Shown here: positions 30,692 to 42,076 of the stretch, piece after piece
How the letters are laid out: each line of letters opens with the position of its first letter
Position numbering within the stretch: position 1 is the first letter of the stretch
Assembly (NCBI GenBank): GCA_963761825.1
Contig: CAVXIH010000010.1
Span: 155,554-219,553, forward strand
Direction: 5' to 3'
Length of the DNA stretch: 64,000 nucleotides
DNA from: an uncultured Acidobacteriota bacterium
GTDB taxonomy: Bacteria > Acidobacteriota > UBA6911
The notes under the pieces: model-generated
What the model was told of the DNA's origin: nothing
Seen by the model: only the letters and a program-made list of their open reading frames with translations
The model's database searches: none
Program-made: the position numbers and the translations under genes

Positions 30692-32460
30692 ATGGCAAAG
30701 CTTGATCCAACTAAACTTGCTGACTGGCAGATCGCATTTGAATGCGAAAAAGATATGAAGACAGTCCAGCAGCTTGCGGAAGGACTCGGAATCAAAGACA
30801 TGGAATTGATTCCCTATGGACATTATTATGGCAAGGTTGATTATCGAGCCATAATGGAGAGAGTAAAAGACAGACCGGACGGCAAATACATTGACGTTAC
30901 GGCGATCACCCCGACTCCTCTCGGGGAAGGCAAAAGCACTTCCACCATGGGCTTGGTTCAAGGCCTGGGAAAACGCGGAAAGAAAGTAACCGGCGCAATC
31001 CGTCAACCTTCCGGCGGACCGACCATGAACATCAAGGGAAGCGCGGCAGGTGGCGGCTTGGCGCAGTGCATTCCACTCACCCCGTTCTCACTTGGATTGA
31101 CCGGCGACATCAACGACATCATCAATGCGCACAACCTGGGAATGATCGCTCTCACTTCCAGAATGCAGCATGAATACATCAATGACGATGCCTTCCTGGC
31201 ATCCAAGAACCTGAAACGGCTGGATATCGATCACAGAAACGTTGAGATGAAGTGGGTTATCGATTTCTGCGCTCAAGCGCTCCGCAATATCACCATCGGC
31301 TATGGGCGGCAAGATGGATGGCTTCATGATGCAGTCCGGATTCGCCATTGCCGTAAGCTCCGAATTGATGGCGATTCTCGCTGTCGCCACCAGCCTCAAA
31401 GATATGCGTGAAAGAATCGGCAAAATGGTGGTTGCTTACAATAAAAAAGGCGATCCCGTCACGACAGCCGATCTTGAAGTGGATGGCGCCATGTGCGCAT
31501 GGATGGTCAATACTATCAATCCAAGCCTGCTGCAGACGATTGAAGGACAGCCCATTTTTGTTCACGCTGGACCGTTTGCCAATATCGCCATCGGTCAATC
31601 CTCCATCGTGGCGGATAAACTGGCCCTTAAGCTTGCGGATTATCACCTCACCGAAAGCGGATTCGGCGCCGACATCGGCTTCGAGAAATTCTGGAATCTC
31701 AAGTGCCGCTATTCCGGCCTGAAGCCGAATTGCGCCGTTGTGGTTGCCACTGTTCGCGCTCTCAAGAGCCATGGCGGCGGCCCCGCCGTTCCTCCGGGCA
31801 AAAAGCTGGATCCCGTTTACTCACAGGAAAACGTTGAGCTGGTGGAAAAAGGCTTGTGCAACCTTCTCAAACACATTGAGAACGTGAAGAAAGCCGGCAT
31901 CAACCCGGTCGTCTGCATCAACTCGTTCTACACGGACACAAAGGCCGAAATCGATTGCATCAAGAGAAACGTCGAAGCTATGGGCGCACGTTGCGCGGTT
32001 TCCGAACACTGGCTGAAGGGCGGCGACGGCGCGTTGGAGCTCTCCGATGCCGTCATTGATGCTTGCAACGAACCGAACAATTTCAAGTTCCTCTATGAAC
32101 TTGAAATGCCGCTCGGCAAGAGAATTGAAACTCATTGCCAAGGAAATCTATGGCGCAGATGGTGTAAGCTACACTCCGGCTGCCAAAGCCAAGCTCATCA
32201 AGATGGAAAAAGATCCTGAGCTTGCCAAACTCGGCACATGCATGGTCAAGACTCATCTCAGCCTTTCCCATGATCCCACCCTCAAAGGGGCACCCAAAGG
32301 CTGGACGTTGCCAATCCGCGACATCCTGACGTACAAGGGCGCGGGCTTTGTGGTTCCGGTTTCCGGGGATATCACCCTTATGCCGGGCACCGCATCGGAT
32401 CCTGCATACAGAAGAGTTGATGTAAATGTGGAAACCGGAAAAGTTACCGGTGTGTTCTAG
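30692..32460 (+). pseudogene. fhs: Formate--tetrahydrofolate ligase split over three frames, with frameshifts near 31290-31300 and 32125-32135
   Basis: [17 protein letters not shown]-loop in frame 1. GGKMDGF...[16 protein letters not shown] in frame 2. [11 protein letters not shown]...TGVF C-terminus in frame 3. Confidence 0.8.
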
Positions 32461-32477
32461 TCCCTTTTGAAAAGATC

Positions 32478-32504
32478 GGCGCCGGGGGCATTGCCTCCGG
32501 CGCC
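32478..32504. terminator. 11-bp stem (one G-U pair) with a 5-nt loop hairpin 18 bp after the fhs stop. It lacks a U-tract.
   Basis: Read in the sequence. Confidence 0.3.
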
Positions 32505-32638
32505 GGTTCCTCCTGAAGCAAAGACTAACTCCGATCCCGATCTTGACCCCGACCCCAAATTTTATCTCTGAGGTGTAGGCTGATAGCGGACAGCTGTGAG
32601 CTGTCGGGTTCTGACGACAGCCGACTAGCGACTGCCGA

Positions 32639-34030
32639 CTACTTAATCCCCGGCTCCGTCATATTCCGCAAATCGAAAATTTCATTGAGCCTTTCCCTGG
32701 ACAAGAGGCCTTTTCCCTCGACAATCTGGGCAATGGACTTGCCAGAAGCGAGATATTCCTTAGCCACTTCTGCGGCGGCCGCGTAACCGATGTGAGGGTT
32801 CAAAAGCGTAACGATGCTCATGCTGGATTCGGCAAGCGCTTCGCACCGCTTGGCGTCGGCCTGGATGCCTGCCAGGCAGAATTTCGCGAAGGCGCCGACG
32901 GCGTTGCTGAGAATCTCGATTTCGTGGAGCAGGTTGAATGCAACTACCGGCATCATGACGTTCAACTCCAGTTGCCCGGCCTGAGCGGCCAGAAGAATCG
33001 TCGTGTCACAGCCAATAGCCTGAAAACAGACCATGTTGAGCATCTCCGCCATGACCGGATTCACTTTGCCGGGCATTATTGAAGACCCTGGCTGGACGGC
33101 AGGCAAGGAGATTTCCGCAAATCCGGTCTTAGGCCCGGAACTCATAAGTCTCAGATCATTTGCGATGCGAATCAGGTCCTGAGCCAGGCACCGGACGGCG
33201 CCCGAAAGCTCCACAAAAGGCCGCAGCGATTGCATGGCCTCGAAGTAATCATCCGCCATCCGGAAGTCGATCCCGAGCTCCATGCTCAGCTCCTGGACCA
33301 TCATGGAACGGTATTGCGGATGTGCGTTGATGCCCGTGCCAACGGCGGTTCCGCCAATTCCAAGTTCCTTGCTGGATTCTGAAGCTCTGCGGATGGACTC
33401 CTGGTGTTTGCGCAGGCAAACCGCATATGCCCCGAATTCTTGACTCAGGCGCACTGGAACGGCGTCCTGCAGATGGGTGCGGCCTGATTTGACAATTTCA
33501 TCGAATTCTTCTGCTTTCGCGGAAAAAGCGCTCTCTGCCTCTTTCAGAGACGACAATAAAGACCGGGTGTCGAGGAAGGCGCTGATTCGGATGGCTGTTG
33601 GACATACGTCATTGGTCGATTGCGCCATATTTACGTGATCGTTGGGATGGATGACGGAGTAATCCCCCTTTGTCCCGCCCAGGAGCTCGATGGCCCTGTT
33701 GGCGATTACCTCGTTGGCGTTCATGTTGTGGGACGTTCCGGCACCCGCCTGATAGACATCGACGACAAACCATTCCCGTAATTTGCCGTTTAGAATTTCG
33801 TCGCAGGCGCCGACAATGGCATCGGCCTTTCGACCATCGAGCAGACCCAGAGTCTTGTTAACCCTGGCGGCAGCTTTTTTGATGCGGACTGTCGCGTCGA
33901 CATAGGAAGGCTTTGGCTTTAAACCGCTGATCGGGAAATTTTCAATTGCGCGATCCGTCTGTATGCCGTAATACGCATCCGCCGGTATCCGCCGCTCGCC
34001 CAAAGAATCCTTCTCTAATCGTGTTTGCAT
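32639..34030 (-). CDS. aspA: Aspartate ammonia-lyase
   Basis: GSSIMPGKVNPVMAEM signature. The N-terminus is AspA-like (EKDSLGERRIPADAYYG). Confidence 0.8.
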   Translation of the reverse strand: MQTRLEKDSLGERRIPADAYYGIQTDRAIENFPISGLKPKPSYVDATVRIKKAAARVNKTLGLLDGRKADAIVGACDEILNGKLREWFVVDVYQAGAGTSHNMNANEVIANRAIELLGGTKGDYSVIHPNDHVNMAQSTNDVCPTAIRISAFLDTRSLLSSLKEAESAFSAKAEEFDEIVKSGRTHLQDAVPVRLSQEFGAYAVCLRKHQESIRRASESSKELGIGGTAVGTGINAHPQYRSMMVQELSMELGIDFRMADDYFEAMQSLRPFVELSGAVRCLAQDLIRIANDLRLMSSGPKTGFAEISLPAVQPGSSIMPGKVNPVMAEMLNMVCFQAIGCDTTILLAAQAGQLELNVMMPVVAFNLLHEIEILSNAVGAFAKFCLAGIQADAKRCEALAESSMSIVTLLNPHIGYAAAAEVAKEYLASGKSIAQIVEGKGLLSRERLNEIFDLRNMTEPGIK

Positions 34031-34559
34031 TGTGTTTCCCCCTGATTAAAAATGAGCAGAGCGGCCGGCTAAAATCAAGAAGTTAATTCCGGAAGGATCA
34101 AAGATGGATGAATCCGTGGATTTGCCCGTTGAAGAGACAAGAGAAAATTAGCAGCGGTATAGGATTTAATATCGTGGATTCTATGGCTTGGTAAGGCGAG
34201 TAGTTGTCTCCGGCAGACACAACATCGTAATGATATCGTCGGTTTAGCCGACAACAATGTTTCCTTTCCTTGGAATGTTAGACCAGTTCCACGACGGGAT
34301 TTATTGTCAAAAGCTCTTCAATTTGGATGGTGCAGAGTCCTGTCCGGGCATGGCTTTTTAAGGATATCCTTGGCTCCTTGCCGGTGAACCATTGCACAAT
34401 TGTTCCTCTTCCTCACTTTTATTTATGAGATGACTTCATTAGATGGCGCTCATCAATCGACAGCTTGGGTGAAAAAACGAGTAACCCAATAACCCATTGC
34501 TGTCGAATAAAGTAAACGTGCACTATATCTTTCAACATAATTGGAGAAGGGGAGTATTC

Positions 34560-35060
34560 GTGAAGAAAAAAACAGCTTTAATTCTCGTTACGATCGCTGC
34601 TGTGTTACTTACAATTAACACGGTCTATGCTGGAGTCCCAGGAGGAGTCAAGGACCGCTTTATCTTAGGAGATTTCGTTTGGAAGGAGATGGCAATCAGG
34701 GAAGATCTGGCTCCGGACTACGAAACCTGCTGGAAAAGATTCGTAGAAATAATGGTCGATAAAGGATACGAAATAGGATTCATGGAAAAGGATTCCGGAT
34801 ACCTGCGGACTAATCCTAATACGGGGATTGTTCATCTGAAGTCCAACTGGATTTATGAGGTGAAGGTAATAGGCAAGCTTGTGGTTAACGAAAAAGACTT
34901 GAAAAACGGCAAGAAAACCGTCGAGAAGCTGCGAATACAGGTTCAAGGGGTGGTTACCAAATCGGTCAGAGGTGTATTGGTCGAATCCTACTCGGGCTAT
35001 GATAAGCTGGTTTTACAGGACATGTTCAACGACCTACAGCTCGTATTCGGTCGTCAGTAG
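34560..35060 (+). CDS. Hypothetical small exported protein in an AT-rich segment. A GTG start at 34560 is likely.
   Basis: KKKTALILVTIAAVLLTINTVYAG signal peptide. No family. Confidence 0.4.
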   Translation: MKKKTALILVTIAAVLLTINTVYAGVPGGVKDRFILGDFVWKEMAIREDLAPDYETCWKRFVEIMVDKGYEIGFMEKDSGYLRTNPNTGIVHLKSNWIYEVKVIGKLVVNEKDLKNGKKTVEKLRIQVQGVVTKSVRGVLVESYSGYDKLVLQDMFNDLQLVFGRQ

Positions 35061-35565
35061 ATTTCAAAACATCTCCAAAAGAATCCGAAGTCATTACCGT
35101 AGAAGGGGAATGAAGAGTTTCCGGCGCACGGATGAGGATGTTTGCAGCTATAGATTCACCAGACTTCATCCGGAAAATGCTATCCTGACTGGGCATCCCT
35201 AGGCGACCGCTGCCCGTTTCCTGCCATGCCGGATGAAGATGTGGGCGACCTAGGGTAAGCGGAGCGGCCAATCTGCTCTGCAATTATGTAATCGCGTATC
35301 AAAAATCCATCTTCGGCGACAGGATTCCGCTGTAATCAAATCAAAGGCATTCAAGTCGATATATTGCAAATTATTGGCAGCCGAGTAAAGGTACGGAGAG
35401 AGGGAGTTCCGAGATCAATTGAAGAGAGTTGAAGCCGATTCCTGCAGATTCTCTTCCGATCCTGCAGTCTTTGATTCTTCCGATAGCTTGTTTATGCTAT
35501 TTACATAAATTCCAGGTCTGTCGAGGATGGAGGAATTCCCAAGGAAATCCCGACTTCAATTCAAT

Positions 35566-36327
35566 CTATGATTTTGGTTTTCTGCGATACTTCTGTTTTT
35601 CTTTGGGAGCCATTTTCTCCGTAGCATATTGCACAATCAACCTTGGGCAACGATCTTTCCATTGCAGGAGGATCTTCTCTACTGGCGCGCCCTCGCGCTT
35701 CCAGGCTTCACGCAAAAACCAGCCAAGCCCCTGTTGAACCACCTTTTCCTGATCCATCATCAAGGGGACAATAAATTTTAAAAGCGGTTGGATCGCATAG
35801 CCGGCACGCAATGCCTCAATAAAACCGACTGGAACGGCCCGGCGTTTCCACTTGGAGCCGGATTCCCTCCAAGTTGAGAACTCTTCCAGTTTGGTGTTCT
35901 TTGTTGCGAAGAACTGTCGTAGCACCATGCCGCAAAATACATCGGTATGTGCCCAGTTTCGAAATCCCCCTTCCTCCAGCCAGTGTCCCAATCGTTCCAG
36001 GACTATGGAAGAATATTTTTCCGGGAAAGCGGCTGCAAATCCAATGGCAAAGCTGGCCTCTTCATATTTACCATTTTTCAGGAGTGCTTCCCCCAAGGCA
36101 AGAAATCCATCAAAGTCCAAATCCCTGGCAAATTCCTTGATCCAGCAGTCTCTTTGCGCTTCGTACACCTTTTGTTCTATTCCGTAGGCGTCATACCCTT
36201 CCACAAAATAGCGGGCATATTTTTGGACTCTTGCCGGATCCGCATGGGCCAGGCAAAAATCCCGGATTACCTGCAATTTGCTTTGAATGATCGGACCTTT
36301 TGCTTCCTGCGACATGGAATCCCTCAC
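35566..36327 (-). CDS. DNA alkylation repair protein (AlkD/AlkC-like HEAT-repeat glycosylase family)
   Basis: All-helical 253 aa with the DNA_alkylation family pattern. Confidence 0.6.
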   Translation of the reverse strand: MRDSMSQEAKGPIIQSKLQVIRDFCLAHADPARVQKYARYFVEGYDAYGIEQKVYEAQRDCWIKEFARDLDFDGFLALGEALLKNGKYEEASFAIGFAAAFPEKYSSIVLERLGHWLEEGGFRNWAHTDVFCGMVLRQFFATKNTKLEEFSTWRESGSKWKRRAVPVGFIEALRAGYAIQPLLKFIVPLMMDQEKVVQQGLGWFLREAWKREGAPVEKILLQWKDRCPRLIVQYATEKMAPKEKQKYRRKPKS

Positions 36328-36613
36328 TTTAGCGGAAGTCAGCGTTTGAGGTCCATTCTAGCTCAGGTATACCTGCCTTAGAAAAAGTGCCTTTGCTTCT
36401 TTATGAATGGACTCAAATGAATCTAACCACTTTTATTCCTATCTTTGGTAGAAGATAATGAGAATCAATAAAAGACTGCGGATTGGAAAAATTAATGCCC
36501 ATCCCCACAGATTTTCTTCCTTGCTCACAGCCTCTGATGCTCGACAACGTGTGGCTTCCCTGAACGGGACTTCATGGGAGTCAGCGGAAATTTCAAATTT
36601 ACAGGCTGCACTT

Positions 36614-37102
36614 TTACCTGCTGATAGGATGCGAATTCGATTTTGACCGCGGCTTAGGCAACCATCGATTTACAATCGTGCGGTAGTGCGTCCACTCATT
36701 GCCGAATTGCCGAGCAAGCGTTGGTTCTTCGTAGAAGATGACGCGCAGATGGAAGCTGATCGCCAGCATGCCCGTATAGGCCGCCATTATTGGGGATCCG
36801 GCAATAACGCTCCAACCTGCAACGCATCCAAGGACGCCCACGTACATTGGATTACGCATGAATTGATAAAGCCCGACAATCACGAGATTCCTGGGAGGAT
36901 CCCAGGGTGCAAGAGTGCCTTTGCCGATGACGTAGAAATCACGAACACACCAGAGTACTATGCCCACGCTTAAAAATAAAATTGGCCAGCCTAAGACCGT
37001 CCCCCGTGTCCGAAAACGGTCGATGCCAGATAAAAACCAGGGAATCAACCCTGCAACAACAACTGGAAGAGCCAGGAACGCAAGTAGAGCACGAAAAAAC
37101 AT
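36614..37102 (-). CDS. Isoprenylcysteine carboxyl methyltransferase (ICMT/PEMT-family) membrane methyltransferase
   Basis: RNPMY motif and 4-5 TM helices. Confidence 0.7.
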   Translation of the reverse strand: MFFRALLAFLALPVVVAGLIPWFLSGIDRFRTRGTVLGWPILFLSVGIVLWCVRDFYVIGKGTLAPWDPPRNLVIVGLYQFMRNPMYVGVLGCVAGWSVIAGSPIMAAYTGMLAISFHLRVIFYEEPTLARQFGNEWTHYRTIVNRWLPKPRSKSNSHPISR

Positions 37103-37564
37103 GCTGCTATTCTACCGGTTTCCACCTGGGATTTTCGAGAAGATATCTCCTGCGACCGGTTTCCCTCAACCGACTTCGTGGGAGTTGTAGAAATTTGAGG
37201 CTACCGGCTTCTGCGAGAAGGCTCCATGCGCTTAGTTTAGGAATGCTTTACAGGTCACATAGTTTGCATATCTATCAGAAATGCACTGGTCGTTTGCTGG
37301 GATGAGCGAAAAGTGCGCCATGCTACTTATCGAGCCCCTGATGGCATTGCGATGTCTATTCATGGAATCCTTCTTTTGGAGGGCTATAGCGATACTTGCG
37401 TAGAAGGCACGGAAGAAGGCGTCCGCGATCATTTACACAGTCTAAGTCAAAGCCTCCCTCAAAACGCCAGCCCGGCACCTTGAGTGCCGGGCCGTTTCGT
37501 AAATTCGAGTGGGCGGGGATACATCGCTTCCCCGTTTTCGTGCGGGCTGCTTCTACTCGCTGAT

Positions 37565-39046
37565 CTATTTCAGATCACTCACGATAGTGCGCGCCGCAAG
37601 CACGCCGTTATAGGCGGAAGAGCCAACGCCGAATCCGCTGCCTGCGTAGAGTCCGCCCCAGAACTGGTTGGAGATGGCGCACTCACCGCTGGCATAGAGA
37701 CCAGGAACGGGCTGAAGATTGCCGTTGACGACTCTGGCATCATCATCTGTTTTGATGGAAACAAGAGAGCCAGCGGTCGTGTAGGCAATCTGTTCGGCAT
37801 AGAAAGGCCCATCTTTGATCGGCGTCGCTTTTCCCACCGGCAAGCCGAACTCCGGGCTCTGCCCCGCGTCAACGGCGGCATTGTAGGCGGCGATGGTCTG
37901 TTTCAATTGAGCCGCGTTGATGTTGAGGCCCTTGGCAAGCTCATCGATCGTGTCATATTCGGATACGGTTCCCGCCTTCACCTTTGCCGCGACGCTTGCT
38001 TTCGTGCTGTCAGACTGCCCGTTGAGCACGGTGGTATCGAGAAGCCTGTAGCAATTCGTTGTGTTCTTTTGAGTCTGGAAAGTGATGTTGTAGCCCCAGG
38101 AGTATTCATCCATGTAGCGTTTGCCGTCCTGGTTGACGTAGAAGCGCGAGGGAATTGATCCGCCGCCCAGTGATCCCGCATAGGCCATGACTCCGGTCCC
38201 GATTGTCGGCACACCAAGCTTCTCTACGAGGCCAAAAATATCACCCGTTGCGCCGGGGTTCGAGGCGTAGGGATTCGGTCCCGTCGGGACGTTCTTATAC
38301 ATCCCTGCGGTCATCTTCTTAACGAGATCCCCTTTGCTGGAGAACCCTCCGGTTGCGAGAAGGACCGCCTTCGCGCTGATGGTGTAGCTCTTGTCTTTGG
38401 TCTGGACCTTCACGCCCAGGACTTTTCCGTCGGCAATGATCAGATCCGTCACCTTGGCGTTGAGCCGCAGATCCACCTTCTGTTTCTTGAGCTGGTCTTC
38501 CAGGACATTGGCTATGGCGTTCGTTCTCCCCGCGGGCATGTAATACCACAGCTGCCTTCCTTGCCGGGTCCACCTTTCCTGGTGCGGATCCTGGCCCCGG
38601 GTTGCATTGGCTCCGTCGAAGTCAACGCCCCAGGCGATGAAATTATCGGTAACATATTCCGACAGATCATACAGCTTGCGCACGAAGGCGTGGTTGACGT
38701 TGTCCTTCCCGATGTAGTGGTCCAGGAAGCCAAGTACATCGTCGACCGTATTCGTGTTGAATGATTTCTTGGAAAGCTTCGAGCTCGTGCCGATATAGCC
38801 GCTGGAATAGCGGAGGGATCCGCCGGTTGTAGCCTGTTTTTCCAGCAGTACCACTTTGATGTTGGGAGTCTGTGTTTTCAGCTCGAGGGCCGCAGTCTCG
38901 CCAGAGACGCCCGCGCCAACGATAACGACGTCGGCCGTTTCATCACCGTTTTTTTGTGTACGATTCTCCATTGACTTACAGGGCATAAAGCTGAGCACGA
39001 TGCACAGGGCGGCAAGCCCTGTCAGCGCTTTTGTAAGGCGTCTCAT
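37565..39046 (-). CDS. Exported FAD-binding flavoprotein (FAD_binding_2, fumarate-reductase/flavocytochrome-c-like)
   Basis: Signal peptide, DVVIVGAGVSGETAALEL dinucleotide motif and a C-terminal GLYASGECA. Confidence 0.75.
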   Translation of the reverse strand: MRRLTKALTGLAALCIVLSFMPCKSMENRTQKNGDETADVVIVGAGVSGETAALELKTQTPNIKVVLLEKQATTGGSLRYSSGYIGTSSKLSKKSFNTNTVDDVLGFLDHYIGKDNVNHAFVRKLYDLSEYVTDNFIAWGVDFDGANATRGQDPHQERWTRQGRQLWYYMPAGRTNAIANVLEDQLKKQKVDLRLNAKVTDLIIADGKVLGVKVQTKDKSYTISAKAVLLATGGFSSKGDLVKKMTAGMYKNVPTGPNPYASNPGATGDIFGLVEKLGVPTIGTGVMAYAGSLGGGSIPSRFYVNQDGKRYMDEYSWGYNITFQTQKNTTNCYRLLDTTVLNGQSDSTKASVAAKVKAGTVSEYDTIDELAKGLNINAAQLKQTIAAYNAAVDAGQSPEFGLPVGKATPIKDGPFYAEQIAYTTAGSLVSIKTDDDARVVNGNLQPVPGLYASGECAISNQFWGGLYAGSGFGVGSSAYNGVLAARTIVSDLK

Positions 39047-39488
39047 TGGAATTTCCTCCTCTAAGGTCGTCGCAATAGTCTAGCTCGGGAAGCCTATCTA
39101 GGGAATCCCTGTTGTCGCGTATTGGGGTGTAAGTCCACTTGTATATTTATAGCGTGGCAAAGTGTCAACGCCATGCTATCGGAATGATGGGTCTGCCGCA
39201 GGAATATGGGGCGAAACCTGGCTCTTTGCTTGCAACCTTCGGCAGCGCAAGTTATCCTCGCACGTCTTAGTTGATCCCGCCGTGCTTCCGCCCGAATGGC
39301 CTGACTCTCAGTAACAGCATCGTGAGACGTAATCACTTGAACGGAGATCCCGTTCCAGATGCACAGAATTACTTTCCAGCATGCGACCGCTGAGGAGTTA
39401 TCAAGATCAGTGATACAATACCTCCGCACATCCAAGCCAAAAAGATGAACTTATAACCAGTGAGTTTACCGGATAAATAGCTTTAGTC

Positions 39489-39797
39489 ATGGACGGAGAA
39501 GCATTTCGATTGCACAGAGCAGTCAACCGAAACGAGGCAAGCCAGTTAATGGACTTAAATATTGAAGATACAATAGACCTGCATTCGTTCCTGCCACGGG
39601 AAATAGCAGATCTGGTCGAGGAATATCTATATCAGGCGGTGCTCAAAGGCTACCGGGAAGTCCGCATCATTCATGGCCGGGGCATAGGAGTGCAGCGCAG
39701 TATGGTCCACTCTGTGCTGCAAAAGCATTCGAGCGTGGTTGCCTACCGCGATGAAATGGATCACGGCTCCACGATAGTTACGCTAAAGCAGGACTGA
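39489..39797 (+). CDS. Smr-domain protein
   Basis: DLHSF....EVRIIHGRG Smr signature. 102 aa. Confidence 0.7.
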   Translation: MDGEAFRLHRAVNRNEASQLMDLNIEDTIDLHSFLPREIADLVEEYLYQAVLKGYREVRIIHGRGIGVQRSMVHSVLQKHSSVVAYRDEMDHGSTIVTLKQD

Positions 39798-39918
39798 GGT
39801 GGATCTCTATCCCATAGATTCCAAGCTCCAAACTTCTCTGAAGATATTTTCCCGAATTGTGCCGATATTTAAGAACAAGCTTTGCGGATTTACCGCAAAG
39901 GCTTCGGGAGCGCAAGGA

Positions 39919-41841
39919 ATGAGGGCAATCTCACTGGGTATCATCATGCTGCTATCCGCATTGCCGATATTCTGCCAACAGCCTTCGAGCTCCTTCCTTT
40001 TCGTGGATGTGCGGGAAGAGGACTGGGACATCCGCGATTGGTCCTTGATCCGGCTCGGGCAGTTGAGTGTCCTCCACGAGCGAGCTGGAGACCAGCTTCA
40101 CGCGCAAGTGCTATCCACCGTGGAAGCTCCGGAAACGCCAAAGTTTCCGCACAGTGCCACTCCTTCATGCGATGGCAACTGCTTCCTCGTATCTTCTTTT
40201 GAGGGGGGCTCCCGGAACCAGCTCGGCGGCTACTATAGTGCTTTTTCCCTGGCGCCATCCGCCTCCCGCCTTACTCTGGAGAAATGGGATGGGGCCCATC
40301 GCGCCCTAACGCTGGAGTTCAGTCGAACTGGCGCCGGCTTTTGCGGAATGTGGGTGCATTTGTTTGATTTCCGGCAATCGCCGGCAGATCGTATCTATTT
40401 GGATATTGGAAACTACTCTTTCCTCACTTTCTGGGTTCGCGGACAGCGAGGAAACGAACGGATTCTATTGAAGGTTTCTGATGCCGATTGGGAACGGAAA
40501 GAGGATGCATTGCCGGTTGGCGAATTAAGCTCCTTTCTTCCAGGCCGGAAAATTGAAAGCACCTGGCAACGAGTGATTGTGCCCCTTTCAGCGTTGCCCC
40601 GCAGCCTGAATTCCCGCAGGCTGGCCTCTTTGGTTTTTGAAGCAGTCGGCTCCGGCACAGGACGCATCGCAATCAAAGATCTTGCATTTTGCCTTAAGTC
40701 TGAACCATTGCCGAGTCTAACACTTCCATCTGCTTCCAAAAGGGACGATCGAAAGCTCGAGAAGGCTATGTGGGTTTGGAATACTGCCGAGATTCTGCCC
40801 GTTGCCGCCAAACAGACTGCGCTGGCTGATTTTTGCCTCCGCCAGGGCATCGGCCAGCTGTACCTTCAGTTGCCAAAGAAAGAGAAAATGGATCCTCGCA
40901 GCGAGACGCTGCCTCTGGATGACCGATGGAGACGTTTGCTTTCGTTTCTCGCCGACAAAGGTGTTCGCGGCTATGCGCTTGACGGGTACAAGGAATTTGC
41001 ATTACCGGAGTGGCACGAACACGTTCTGGACACCGTGGACAAGGTTATTGCATACAATCGCACTGCCGCACCCGGCGAACGGTTCGCAGGCATTCACTAC
41101 GATATCGAACCTTACCTTCTTTCCGGATTTCACGGACCGAAGCGACAACAGATCCTTACGGCCTATCTCGAGCTTCTGGAAAAAATATCTGCGCGATCAA
41201 AAAGCGCCGGCATGAGTCTTGGCGTCGATATTCCATTCTGGTATGACACCCCTGATGCTCTCACAGGGAAAGATTTTGTTGTTGAATTCCACGGCAAGCC
41301 CAAGCCCGCCAGCGAACACATCATTGATTTGGTGGATTCGGTTGGCGTCATGGATTACCGCACGTCCGTCTTCGGCGCGGATGGAATTGCTGCGCAAGCG
41401 GAAGGAGAATTGGCCTATGCTGCAAGGTCCGGCAAAACAGTTTTAATAGGCCTCGAAACGATCCAGTTGCCGGATGAGGAATTGCTTCAGTTTAAGGGGA
41501 AGCCGATTCAAGGAATTCCCGAGCATGCTTCCGCGCAACGAATCATCGTCCTGGAGCGCATTTCCCGGGGAGCTCGAGTATGGCTTATACCCGCATCGCA
41601 ATGGGATGACTTTTACAGATCCGCCCGTGAACAAACAGACGCCGCAAAATTCCAATGGTGGCCGGCAGCTCAAACCATCGCAGTTCCGTCCAGCAAACTT
41701 ACGTTCGCTCGCCTGGGGGCGGACAAGCTGCAACAGGCAATTAGCGAAGCAGAAGAAGAGCTGCTTCGCTGGAGTTCCTTCGCTGGTTTTGCCTTCCACG
41801 ACTACATCGGCTTTCCATTTCTCCTCGAATCAAGGAAATAG
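39919..41841 (+). CDS. Secreted protein with an N-terminal beta-sandwich-like region and a C-terminal TIM-barrel glycoside-hydrolase-like domain. First gene of an EPS-type locus.
   Basis: Signal peptide MRAISLGIIMLLSALPIFCQQ. The start was moved from ORF 39799 to 39919. Confidence 0.55.
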   Translation: MRAISLGIIMLLSALPIFCQQPSSSFLFVDVREEDWDIRDWSLIRLGQLSVLHERAGDQLHAQVLSTVEAPETPKFPHSATPSCDGNCFLVSSFEGGSRNQLGGYYSAFSLAPSASRLTLEKWDGAHRALTLEFSRTGAGFCGMWVHLFDFRQSPADRIYLDIGNYSFLTFWVRGQRGNERILLKVSDADWERKEDALPVGELSSFLPGRKIESTWQRVIVPLSALPRSLNSRRLASLVFEAVGSGTGRIAIKDLAFCLKSEPLPSLTLPSASKRDDRKLEKAMWVWNTAEILPVAAKQTALADFCLRQGIGQLYLQLPKKEKMDPRSETLPLDDRWRRLLSFLADKGVRGYALDGYKEFALPEWHEHVLDTVDKVIAYNRTAAPGERFAGIHYDIEPYLLSGFHGPKRQQILTAYLELLEKISARSKSAGMSLGVDIPFWYDTPDALTGKDFVVEFHGKPKPASEHIIDLVDSVGVMDYRTSVFGADGIAAQAEGELAYAARSGKTVLIGLETIQLPDEELLQFKGKPIQGIPEHASAQRIIVLERISRGARVWLIPASQWDDFYRSAREQTDAAKFQWWPAAQTIAVPSSKLTFARLGADKLQQAISEAEEELLRWSSFAGFAFHDYIGFPFLLESRK

Positions 41842-42076
41842 AAGCATTCCGCAACAACAATTCTTTTTCCCCCTGCCTTCCCTCCAATAAACGAGTCTTG
41901 TAAGGACGTCCCCACAGGGGCGCCGCCATTGGCTGCGTTGCGTTTATCGTTTCCCGGAAGCCGGGGCCTTTTTCGTTTTCAGATAAGTAATCTTCGAACA
42001 CCGGACTGCCGATAAAGCAACGCGGGCATGAGATTTAAGGATACTCGCTTATCCAGATCCCGAGGATTACTGAGCT

